From Octopus vulgaris (lineage: Eukaryota), in the NCBI GenBank assembly GCA_951406725.2, contig OX597826.1, forward strand, positions 65,720,001 through 65,784,000: a DNA stretch of 64,000 bases, given 5' to 3'. The notes under the pieces are model-generated. The model searched no databases. It had not been told where the DNA came from and saw nothing but the letters and a program-made list of their open reading frames with translations. Shown one piece after another: positions 50,845-64,000 of the stretch. The position numbers and the translations under genes are program-made. How positions within the stretch are numbered: the first letter of the stretch is position 1; each line of letters starts with the position of its first letter.

Positions 50845-52621
50845 TTTGTATATATGTCGAACAGCTTTACTTATATGTTTCATTAAGAACACGGCAATGT
50901 TCCTATTTTATTTTTATATTACAAATTTTTCATAGTTTCGTATCGGGTTTTCCGGGGTTTGCTTGAAATAATAAAGTTCCTTCATCCATACTCAACATTT
51001 CCAAACCTTCACAGCCTCAATCTAGGAACATGAAATAGATTTGACTTCTCTATTGCTTCTCTTACTATATCTGAACTTTTCTAGACGTTGCATCGAAAGA
51101 TATTTTGACCGTTAGACTTTCATGCCAACTGCCACTTGTTAATTTGCTTTATTGTAGTCAAATTCATGTAGGCTTCACCGCCTAAGTTTTTAACTTAGGT
51201 TTCCATGTCAACAGCAACATGTTAATTTCTTTTCATATGTGTTGTTTGTTTATTTTGACAATATATGTATGTATTTGCTTTTGAATGTGCAAATAAGAGA
51301 GACCAAGTGTTGAATAAATGTTGCAGAATTTGTTGAGTAATTCGAAGGCTGACTTACGAAACTCATCCCTATTAATCAAAGTAAATATCCTGTCAGGGAA
51401 ATTAGTGCTGATATGGTTTATGCAATAACCATCAGAAAGCTAACTAGAAATAATTATATGGAGAACATAATCAAATATTAGCCAACTGCTAAATTGACAT
51501 TCTTTTTTCAGGGTGTACGGGAGAGAACTGTGCAAACGTTTCGGCTTTTTAATAATATATTCAACAAAGCAAAGAGATTCCTTCATTACAGTTTCCAGAT
51601 GAACTTCAAAAATTATGTTACTGCAGAAGAGGAAACATTTTGGAAAATACGTAGGGCCTCTGCTGGTCGAGGTTGGTCATGCTTCTGCACATGTTTATGC
51701 AGGTCTGAGGCAAGATTTTAAAAGAAATACTGACAGCTGCCCATATATTTGAGCCCCATCTCTCAATCGCACTAAAGTTTATCCAAAAAAAATGCTGCCG
51801 CTCGGACCGACGAAGCTTGGTGTCAGTATCGTTGCAGATGTTAGAACGCAAAGAGCTGGAACAAATTCCGCAAAGCATCTTACTCGACACTCATACGGTT
51901 CCGTCCTTCAACTGCCTTGAATTGGTATCTTTTTTATCGACCCTCAAAAATAAATAAATAAATAAATAAATATATAAGGCAATGATAGTCCGCAAAGGAC
52001 TGAAGTCAGAGCCACAGCGAGTTGGATCAGATATCACCGCATCAACATAAAATAGAAGTTAAGTTAATGCTAACGAATTTGAAGCATGGAAGAGCTTAGA
52101 ATGAAAAACATTAATATAAATACATACACAGTGAAATGGGGAAAAATCAATATTATTCAATTATTCTAATTCTCCTTTCATTTTAGTTTAAATCCTATCG
52201 AGTTCGAATTTGCCTTTTAACCTTTTCTGGCCGGCAAAGTACCAGCCAAATATTCTCTTCTTTTATTCGACATGCAAGATGCCAAGCCTTGTGTTTATGT
52301 CAGAAATGTATACTGTGTTCATTTTTTCCCTCCCAAAGCACAGGAGGTAACATTAGATACATTTCCATCTTCTGAGCACGCTAGCAAAACATAATCGACA
52401 TCGTAACATGTGGAAATAATGATGATTTAATGACCGAGTAAATATAAAGAAAGACAATATTTTCAGTGTCGTCAAACAATACTACTCTCAACTATACAAG
52501 TAAAACTAACGTGTCATTGCGCAAACGATTGTCCACTACGTCTCTATATCCCAACTAATTATCTGTCCATAATAAATTACTTTGTTTAAAACATGCGCTC
52601 AATACATTTGTCAGACAAGAA

Positions 52622-52672
<51 letters not shown>

Positions 52673-52826
52673 AAGATAGATAGACGCACACACACACATA
52701 CATACCTAGATGTATACATTCATAGACATATATACACACATATATACATACGTATATATATGCATATATACATACATATTTACATACACAAATGCATAGA
52801 TGTGTGTACATATATATATATATGTA

Positions 52827-52934
<108 letters not shown>

Positions 52935-52969
52935 TGTATGTATGTATGTATGTATGTATATATATACAT

Positions 52970-53400
52970 TCTTTTATTTGTTTCAGTCATTTGATTGCAG
53001 CCATGCTGGAACACCGCCTTTATTCGAACAAATCGACTCCAGAATTTATTCGTTGTAAGCCTAGAACTTATTCTATCGGTGTTTCTTTGCCGAACCGCTA
53101 TGTTATGGGGACGTAGTCACGCCACAATCGGTTATCAAGCGATGGTGGGGGACAAACACAGACACACAAAAACATAGATACATACATACATACATACTCA
53201 CACACACACACACACACATACACATACACACACATATATATAAACGATGGGCTTCTTTTAGTTTCTGTTACCAAATCGACTCACTAGGCTTTGGTTGGCC
53301 CGAGGCTATAGTAAAAGACACTTGCCCAAGGTGCCACGCAGTGGGACTGAACCCAGAACCATGTGGCTTGTAAGCAAGCTACTTACCACACAGCCCCTCC
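52970..53400 (-). mobile_element. SINE family A, full length
   Basis: Head-to-tail match to the other copies. Confidence 0.85.
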
Positions 53401-53449
53401 TATAAACTTATGCATATACATACATATATGCATACATGTTTACATGTAT

Positions 53450-53500
<51 letters not shown>

Positions 53501-53679
53501 AGCACACTCATATATAAACAAACACATCTCTATGTGAGTCAGAGTGTTTGTAGGTGTATGTGTATTATTTATAGTTATAGAGTCATTACACGCACATAGG
53601 AGGAGTAAATGCATTCGCGCTTGCATATACTCAGAAATGTATCAAATAAATATGTAAGCACGGATATATTTCAGCACGG

Positions 53680-53734
<55 letters not shown>

Positions 53735-53735
<1 letters not shown>

Positions 53736-53925
53736 TTGTGTGTGTGTCCCAACATCGCTTGACATCGATGCTGCGATGTTTACATCCCTGTAAGCTAGCG
53801 GTTCGGTATAAGAACCGATAAAATAAGTACTAGGCTTACAAAGAATGAGTCCTGGGGTCGATTTGCTCGACTAAAGGCGGTGCTCCAGCATGGCCGCAGT
53901 CAAAGTGACTGAAACGAATAAAAGA
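53735..53925 (+). mobile_element. SINE family A, 3' half
   Basis: Starts at the internal (TG)n and ends gactgaaacgaataaaaga. Confidence 0.85.
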
Positions 53926-54982
53926 ATATATATGCATATGCATACTCACACACACACACATACACATTCATAGACGTACATATACGTGAGTGCACATGCA
54001 TTAATGTGCCTGTGAGTGTATATGTCTCCGAACATATATATATATATATTAATACATACGTGCATTCATACATACACATACATGCATAAATATATGTACA
54101 AACACACACACACTCTCACGTATACGTACATGTGTGTGTATATGTATATATGTATATATAGATAGATAAGTATGTGTGTATATCTGTATGCGTGTATGTA
54201 TGTATGTATGTATGTACAGCTTGGTGAGGTCGAGCTACCGAAACGCAGAAAATGAGGGAGAAAATGAAAGAGAAAGAAAAAGAGACAAGGGGAGAGAGGG
54301 CGAGAGAAAGAGAGAGGTGGGGATAGTAACATAAAGAGCGAATAAATAAGGATCAAAATGAGGTTTTAGATAAACATAAAAGACAAAAACGAAAACCTTC
54401 ATTAATTTACTTAATAACACAGTTTTTTGATTGAATGTGCACGGAAAGGACATGAATTTATAATCTAAATGGATTTGGCTATTGAAATACTAGTAGATAA
54501 CGTCAGCAATGTTATTTTTATTTTTGTTTTGTGTCTACCATCTGCGTATATAATATTCAGTATGGTGTAATCATCTGGGATCTTTCTAGGACTTGCAATA
54601 TATTTACATTTGCTGGCAATTTTTTTATTCTTTTTAATAACGTATTTCATTTCTAACATTTAGAAAAAAGAGTTATGAAACCATTAATAAATCTCCGAAC
54701 GAGATGTAAACAGTAACCGCTCGACAACATAAATTGTACTAGCCATCTGAATGTGGCTAGCCACTGGGGGGGGGGGGGTTACTGATGCTTTTAGCCCCAG
54801 GAGATCGACGTCTCCAGCTGGCCTTAGACACAATTTCTGTGCCCTTATGATATTTGCAAAGGGAGGTCATCCTCCCTCGAAAACCTAAGTGATACATACG
54901 GACTATAGTTTCAAGGTTTTTGCCTCTCGTCAACGTATGGTAAACACCGGTTTTCGATGAAGGAGACCCTTGCAAATAACTA

Positions 54983-55021
<39 letters not shown>

Positions 55022-55025
<4 letters not shown>

Positions 55026-57720
55026 TAAGAAGTTTGCTTTTCGAATTTTTTGTCGTACGTGCTTTTTCACTGCTGGTAAGCATTTTTGCTGTTGTTGAAA
55101 TCGTTCGATTACCGTTTGGAATTGTTATTGTTATTTGTTGAACGTTGAAATGTATTGTTGAACATCTCTGAATTATTTCCCGGTTTTACTGGGGAATAAT
55201 AACTAAAGGAGAAGGAACTGTTGACCATTGTGGCATTTTTATGAACGTTGTTTTGTCAATCTGTGTATAGTCTTTTAGACTAATTTTTGTGCCCCTTCCC
55301 CTAACGGGGGTGGGATTTGAATTTTGTTAGTGAGCTGTTCTCCTCTTCAAGAGGAAAAATTTTTAATCCTCATTTTTGTGGGAAACTATTTAACTTGTGA
55401 AATTAATTTCAACCGAAGAATGTCAGTTGAAATTATACACGAGAGGTGTACTCTCGTAGAGTGTAAGCAAGAAAATGTGAAAAAGTTTTGGTGGTTGCCG
55501 CAATGGCAACCGAAAATATTGACATTCCTGTCGATCAAATGGAAGGTTTATTTAAAAGAATGAAAAAGGAAGGCGGTGACGTTAAAATATCACCCTCGTC
55601 CAGTGTGATCGACACAGAAAAACGGACCGTAGCGTTTAAACCCTTCTGCCCACAAAACAGAAGATTTAAACACTTCGAGAAAGAGAAAATTGAAAAATTC
55701 CTGCCCCTATATTGCAAGGAGACGGGCATACGGTGCAGTTGGGGTCCGTTTTTCTAGTGAAGAGGTGGCTCGCAGGCATTCCGTGTGTTCCCTGAAGACA
55801 AAGGAGGTGGTATTTCTACCAACATACATGGGAAGGCGGACTTCCCGTGTGAAGGTGACTGAACCACCGGAGGTTGACCCGAAGTGGGGATGGCCACCCT
55901 GTTGTTTAACAGGGCGGATCGTATAAAATTCTTACAAATTACATGCTCTACCCCACAAAATTGGCTCTGCCGGAGCGTTACAGCAATTGTACAGGGGATG
56001 CAGAGCCATTCGATTTGAGTCCATTAGGTTTAGTCAACAGCTAAGACTAGATAAGACCAGAATAGAAAGGCAACTAGTCGAGGACTTAGAAGAGGCGTTG
56101 AGGTTGGGCTTTGCATCTCACATTTTGGCAGCGAGAACGGCATTGGACCGTCACCTTAAAGGGGTGTAGAGTTCAGGCTAAAGTGCAAGCATTGGGCCGT
56201 GAGGGAATTAATGTTACCAGATGGGCCCGTACGGTAGAAACCCAGCGTGGCAACGATATCACAATTAGGTCTTTTGTCGACGAAAACGGACTTCGGTCGA
56301 AGGATGGGATGAGATGTGTGAGGCGCTTTGCAAGCAGTTTGCCGAGTTGTTCGGGAGGGGCGGGATGCTGGATCAGGGTAAGGTCCTTAGGGACTTCCTA
56401 TCTGGTGGAGTGCTGTGAAGGGCCAGTCACAGCCGAGGAGGTAATCGAGGTGCTGGGTGAGTGCCCCGGGGAGAAGTCGCTAGGTCTCGATGGTCTGCCC
56501 TATGAATTCAGTAAAAGTATGCCAGACTTGTTCGGGCACCTACAGTCCGGCGTTTACGCCAACTGGCAGCAGAAAGGGAGAATTCCCAAGTCTGCGAGCC
56601 TGGGTGGTGACGTTGATCAGAAAGGACCCGAGCAAGGTGGATGAGATAGGGAACATTAGGCTCTGCTAAACACAGAGTTAAAGATTTTGGCCAAGGTGCT
56701 AGCAAAAAAAGTTGGCGCGGGTCGTGGTCGGACTTGTCGGGGAAGCACAAACTTGCGCTATGCCGAGCAGGTCAATCCATACGCTACTCCTCAGGGAGGG
56801 TTAGGAAACTTTCTTGAGCCATTGCTGCAGAAGTTGGAGGCACTAGGGGACGCGCCGCATGATCTATGATGTAGAAGAGGAGCTACCGCGTATGCGGATG
56901 ACATTTCCATCATCGTGGCTGACGAGGGCCAGCTTCCACCGGTGGAAACGGCCATCAAAAGTTACGAAGGGGTGGCAGGAGCAAAGGTTAACAAGGATAA
57001 GTCGGTTGGTTTGCAACTCAGCACCTGGAGGGGCAAGCGATGGCGTCCAATAACGTCGTGGGGCGTTAGACGGAAGGTACTGTTAAGCTGCTCGGAGTCT
57101 GGATTGGTCCAGACCTCCAGATAGAGAAAAACTGGAGTGAGGCGGCCAGCAAGGTGACTGCTCTAATCCAGGCATGGTCTGGGCGGGCGTTATCCTTGCT
57201 AGGGAGGGTGGAGGTGGTGCAGATGTTTATAGCATCAATAATCACCTACCGTCTGACCGTGGATAGGGAAACCGTCTTGTACGCATTCGTGGAGTATCCG
57301 AAGTTATCGGGACTGATAGCTTTTGTCGAACAACTGTTGTCAGTGATGGGAAGAGTACAGCTATCAGCTGAGTCTATCATCGAGATTGTGCCACCTCCTT
57401 TCCTTAATAGGGAAAGGAAGTCTTGTTTTCTTTGCGTAGTAGCTATAGTAAAAGAAACAATATGGAAGACGCGTGTGAAAGGTACAGTAACAGGTACCTT
57501 TGTCTCTGGCCAGGGGTTGGTTAACTTTTTTACCACTTCGGTAGTAAGATCAGGCTAGAGAAGATGTGTCTGTCACGAAATACGTTTGTGAAAAGATGGA
57601 AGCCCGTGGTGAGCGAGCTGGGTGCGATTGGCACCAGGTAAGTGAGGTCAAGTTAAAAAGTAAAGGTCCTACCCAGATGGCCGGGTGCCTTTCTTTCAAT
57701 GACTCATTCAAAATTTAAAA
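55022..57720 (+). mobile_element. Tx1/L1-clade LINE, multiply deleted (ORF1-like from 55503; RT remnants about 56000-57640)
   Basis: GPVTAEEV...KSLGLDGLPYEF, NTELKILAKVLA, AYADDISI, KVNKDKS, KLLGVWIG, WSGRALSLLGR; GC-richer than the flanks. Confidence 0.8.
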
Positions 57721-57981
57721 TGTTTATTGCTTATTTCATCGATTCATTTTTTCATCCTATTGATTTAACATTTTTACATATATATATATACATACATATA
57801 TATCAAAATAAGCAACAGGATATCAAGAGGTGATGCAGTACGACCATTTCAAGCGACTCCATTTAATTGAACTTATTCACCTTACTTTGAGTTGTACGGA
57901 TAATACCGCACTTATTTGATGCTTCAACTTAAGTACCTAACTCAACTGAATCACAATTATATATATATATATATATATACA

Positions 57982-59468
57982 CACACCCAGAACAACGAGA
58001 ATAGCATAGGAGTGAAATTTAGGATTATTCGGTTCTCTGTGAATCAATTTTGATAAAACTTTTCCCAGCTGGTTTGCACACTATGGCTGCACCATTGTTA
58101 TTTTTTCATTAATCTGTGTAACGTTCTTTCTTTTTTATTTCAGATTCTTCAGTTTTTGGGTGAGGCACGCTAATAGCCTTTAAATAAAATTAGCTTTTTT
58201 TTCAGAAAATGAAGGGTAATGATACATATTAAGCATACATTGAGTATATATTTAACAGAAAACTATAATGATATTATAACATTTATAGGCATGATGAATT
58301 ATTTAGCCACATTTCAACGGATAACTTCAAAAACCTTTTAGTCATGGAATCTGTCAATTCTTTAAATAGTAGCAGGTTGGACTGCCTTTGCTGCAGCTTT
58401 GATAGTCGCCCAGAAAACATCTTTCGACGTAAATTGACGTCCATCAGCATAAACATGCTGTTTAATGATGGCCCAAAGATTTTCGGTAAGGTTGAGATCC
58501 GGAGATGATAGCGGCCACACTATCAACTTTTCACCTTGGAAGCCGTAAGACCCCAGGGATGTTTGAGTGTTCCTAGCAGAGTGGGAAGGAGCGTTGTCAT
58601 GCATGAATACGAGATTCCTTAGAAGTGACATCAGTATGACATCTAGCCAGGGATCCAAGATCTCCTTCAGGAGATTGTAGTAGGCGACTGTGTTCACTTT
58701 AACCTCTTCAGGCACCATGACTGGGCCAACAAGTCTGTCCCCAATGATACCAGCCCACAATGTGACTCCTCCACCCTGTTGTTGAAGTCGAAAACGTTGG
58801 TGACGTTCATTTACAAAATAGACCCAACCATTTGCCCAACCGTCAGGTTCGTCAGTGAACAGAACACAACTCAAGTCTGACGTCACGTACTTTTGGGCCC
58901 ATTGAAGCCTCAAACTTCTGTGAGGAGGCAGTTTCAGGGGTTCTCGCACGGAAGCCATGGTTCCGAGGATGCGATTTCTGGTGGTTTTCGGTACATGAGG
59001 AAGTCCAGTGGCGGTGAAAATGACTTTGCTTGTTTGTCCAGGTTTCCCACGTAATTTGCAGCCAATATTCCTTAAATACCTAGAAGTCACAGTCTTGGAG
59101 GTCCCACAATCGGATCATTTCTTCCTTGTCGCTCATGTAGCAAAATGATTCATTATGCCAATAAATGTTATAATATTATTATGGTTTTCTGATAAATATA
59201 TACTGAATGTATATATATCGTTAATCTTCGTATTCTGAAGAAAAATGTCTAGATGGACTATTTTTATTCAAAGCTATTAGCGTGGTTCACCCAATAACTG
59301 AAGAATCTGAAATGAAAAAAAAAGGACGTTACACAGAGTAATGAAAAAATAACAATGGTGTTACCATAGTGTGCAAACCAGTTGGGAAAGGTTTTATCTA
59401 AATCGATTCATAGAAAACCAAGAAATCCTAAATTTCACTCCTAAGCTATTAGCGTGATTCTGGGTGTG
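57982..59468 (-). mobile_element. Tc1-like (DD34E) element with ~330-bp TIRs; partial transposase 59090-58362
   Basis: VLFTDE, HDNAPSH, WPLSSPDLNLTENLW; 57982-58312 is inverse to 59135-59468. Confidence 0.9.
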
Positions 59469-59480
59469 TGTGTATGTGTG

Positions 59481-59544
<64 letters not shown>

Positions 59545-59822
59545 TGGGTGTGTGGGAGTGTGTATGAGAGAGAGAGAGAAAAAAAGATTCTCATTGTTTG
59601 ATAACCGCTGTTGGTTTGTTTATTTCCCTGTAACTTGACAGTCCGGTAAAAGAGCCGATATAAAAAGTACCTGGCTGAAAACAAAAGCATATGGACAAGG
59701 GTCGATTTGTTCGACTAAGTCCTTCAAGGTACTGCTCCAGGATGGCCGTAGTTCAATGACGGAAACAAATAAAAAAGGTTTAAAAAATGATACATGTGTG
59801 TGCGTGCGTGTGTATGTGTGTG

Positions 59823-59941
<119 letters not shown>

Positions 59942-60316
59942 TGGTGTCTGAGGATATCTCTCCCCGCATGAATAGTGTATTTAAGACAGTAGTCCTTTTT
60001 TTAATACATACACACACGGACAGAGAGGAAGTGGTGGGAGAGATACAAACGTTCACAAGTGAGTGCTGATACTTACAAGTGCACCAATTACTATTGGTAT
60101 CTCGTCTATTCTCTTCAATGACCTCAACCTTCGTATTTCCCACTTCAAATCGTCTTAATTGTTTATTTTTATTTTATTTTATCTTTTTCTTTCACATTGA
60201 TCCTGTTATCACCAGAGCAGGCTATGTCGTTTATCATACAAGTTCTTTCTTCTTTATTCACCACAACAATGTCCGGTTTCCGATGTCTGGTCAGGTGATC
60301 GCTATTATTATTATCA

Positions 60317-60863
<547 letters not shown>

Positions 60864-61810
60864 ACTATCAGTATCATATTTGACTTTCTTTTTCTTCTCT
60901 CTGTCCAAGATTTATTTTAAGCATTACCAAACAAATATTCCTTGGAGTACTTGTGAACGTCTGCCCCAGTACTCTGGGGCAAACAAAAAACGGTTTTATG
61001 TAATCATACTATATTTGCTATATCATTTTGACATTTTCACGTCAAAATGTTTACTAGAGAAATGTAATATGTCTCTAAAACATAATATTAATTCAACAGC
61101 GTACAAAAACATACAAAAATTAGTGCAAAAAGTTGTTTCCGTGAAAAGGTACTTATAACAAATGTAAAAAAGTGATGAGCATTTAAATGAATATGTAATA
61201 GAAAAAGAAATTATTTTGAGCAGTTTACCAAATATTTGGAAAAATAACGCTAACAACAACAATAACAACAACAACCTTCACTCAGTGACAAACATGTTAG
61301 TCGCTGAAGTTAATAATTATAGCAGCATTGTTATCGGTGAAAGTTTTGCTTCTGTCATAGCACATTCGGAGTTTTTGACGAAATAAGAATTGACTGGGAG
61401 AATCGTAAAACCAGAAAGTATCTTTTTACTCCAAAATCTAATCCAAAAGAAAATTTCAAATCATACACAGATTTCTCTATCCAAAAATAAAATTCCATAT
61501 CACACTCAAATTTCTCTATCCTCTATCTTTATTATTCTCTCAGTCATTTTTGTATAATTCTTTCACTCTCTATGCCTCTGTTATACTATCACGTTACCTC
61601 TCTAATTTCTCTAAACTATTCTATATCTCTGTCTTTTCTTTTCTACCTCTTATGTCTTTACTAGTTTTTATTAGTTACTTTCGTTGTCTCTTATGCTCTC
61701 ATTCTGTCTTTCATTCGTTTTTATATTTTACTGTCTGTTGATCTGACTACTGGACGAATGCTGACTATTTCTCTCTCTCTCTCTCTCTCCCTCTCTCACC
61801 TCCATTCTGG

Positions 61811-62885
<1,075 letters not shown>

Positions 62886-62974
62886 CTATGAGCTATATAT
62901 ATATATATATAGTAATAACAATGATGATCCTTAAGTATTTAATGCATATCCTTTACTCTTTCTACTCTATTATT

Positions 62975-63136
62975 TATTTCAGTCATTTGACTGCGTCCAT
63001 GCTAGAGTACCGCCTTTAGTCGAACAAATCGACTCCAAGACCTATTCTATCGGTCCTTTTGCCGAACCGCTAAGTTACGTGGATGTAAACACACCAGCAT
63101 CGGTTGTTAAGCGATGTTGGTGGGACAAACACACAC

Positions 63137-63193
<57 letters not shown>

Positions 63194-63352
63194 GACGGGC
63201 TTCTTCCAGTATCCGTCTATGAAATCCACTCACAAAGCTTTGGTCAGCCCGAGGCTATAGTAGAAGACACTTGCTCAAGGTGCCACGTAGTGGGACTGAA
63301 CCCGGAACCATGTGATTGCTAAGCAAGCTACTTACCACACAGCCACTCCTGC
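62975..63352 (-). mobile_element. SINE family A, near full length
   Basis: Head-to-tail match to the other copies. Confidence 0.88.
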
Positions 63353-63628
63353 GTCCTTGTGATACATCCAAATCTATTTTTCCATCCTGAAGTATTTGTT
63401 TAAAGTGACTTATGTTTCTGTATGTGTTGTACAAGTATGATATATCGTTTAAGTTCCTTTACGGGAAAAAACCCCTCTTATATTATACCGGCTACAGCCT
63501 GATGATGCCAACTGGCAATAGCAGTGTTTTGGGGTTGCACCGAGCTGTGCCGATGCAGGATGGGAAAAATAAATTTGGATGTATCACCGAAGGATATGCA
63601 TTATAATATCTATAAATTCTATCCAAGG

Positions 63629-63741
<113 letters not shown>

Positions 63742-64000
63742 CATTACTATATTTATCCTACATTATATCAGCACAGCTCGTTTGTTACCTTTGGTCGTAA
63801 TGTTGGCAGTAGCGGTGGTGGTGCTAATGGTGCTAATTATAGTTTCGGTGGTAGTGGTGGTGATAATAGTGGTGTTACGGGTGCAATGTTGTTGATGGTA
63901 ACAGTGGTGGTGGTTGTAATAGTAGTAGTTGTAATGATAGTGGTGGTAGTGCTGGTAATGGTGGCAGTGGGGCTAGTAGTGGCAGTGGTAGTGGTAGTAT

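Noticed and set aside
54760-54972. Structured GC-richer block, possibly a retroelement leader with an HDV-like ribozyme (minus-strand hairpin followed by gctaa)
   Set aside because: Could not build the nested pseudoknot by eye; identity unresolved.
63795-64000. Val- or Gly/Ser-rich reading frames
   Set aside because: Degenerate (GGT/AGT)n low-complexity tract.

Overview
This is AT-rich, microsatellite-saturated eukaryotic DNA with no confidently identifiable host gene. Composition and SINE content suggest a cephalopod, probably Octopus (inference). Most listed ORFs are artefacts of (TA)n, (CA)n, (TACA)n and (AAT)n tracts. The real coding remnants are all decayed transposons: three mariner copies from two families, a Tigger/pogo, a Chapaev3-type element, a DD37D/maT-like element, a long-TIR Tc1, R4/Dong fragments in (AAT)n, a Tx1/L1-like LINE and a Penelope GIY-YIG end. 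There are also hAT-, Merlin- and Helitron-like non-autonomous elements and about 30 copies of tRNA-derived SINEs. The most notable unannotated signal is a set of about nine hammerhead-ribozyme (HHR) motifs, intact or degenerate, in short Penelope-type elements set in microsatellites. They include minimal HHRs, a CUGUUGA core variant, three with a 55-92 nt expanded stem II, one folded back at its own core, and one in the body of a tRNA-headed SINE. Also present are a tandemly repeated exon-like cassette, a MITE carrying (TTAGGG)n, and several long palindromes. All calls are by eye; family names come from recalled motifs, not database searches.
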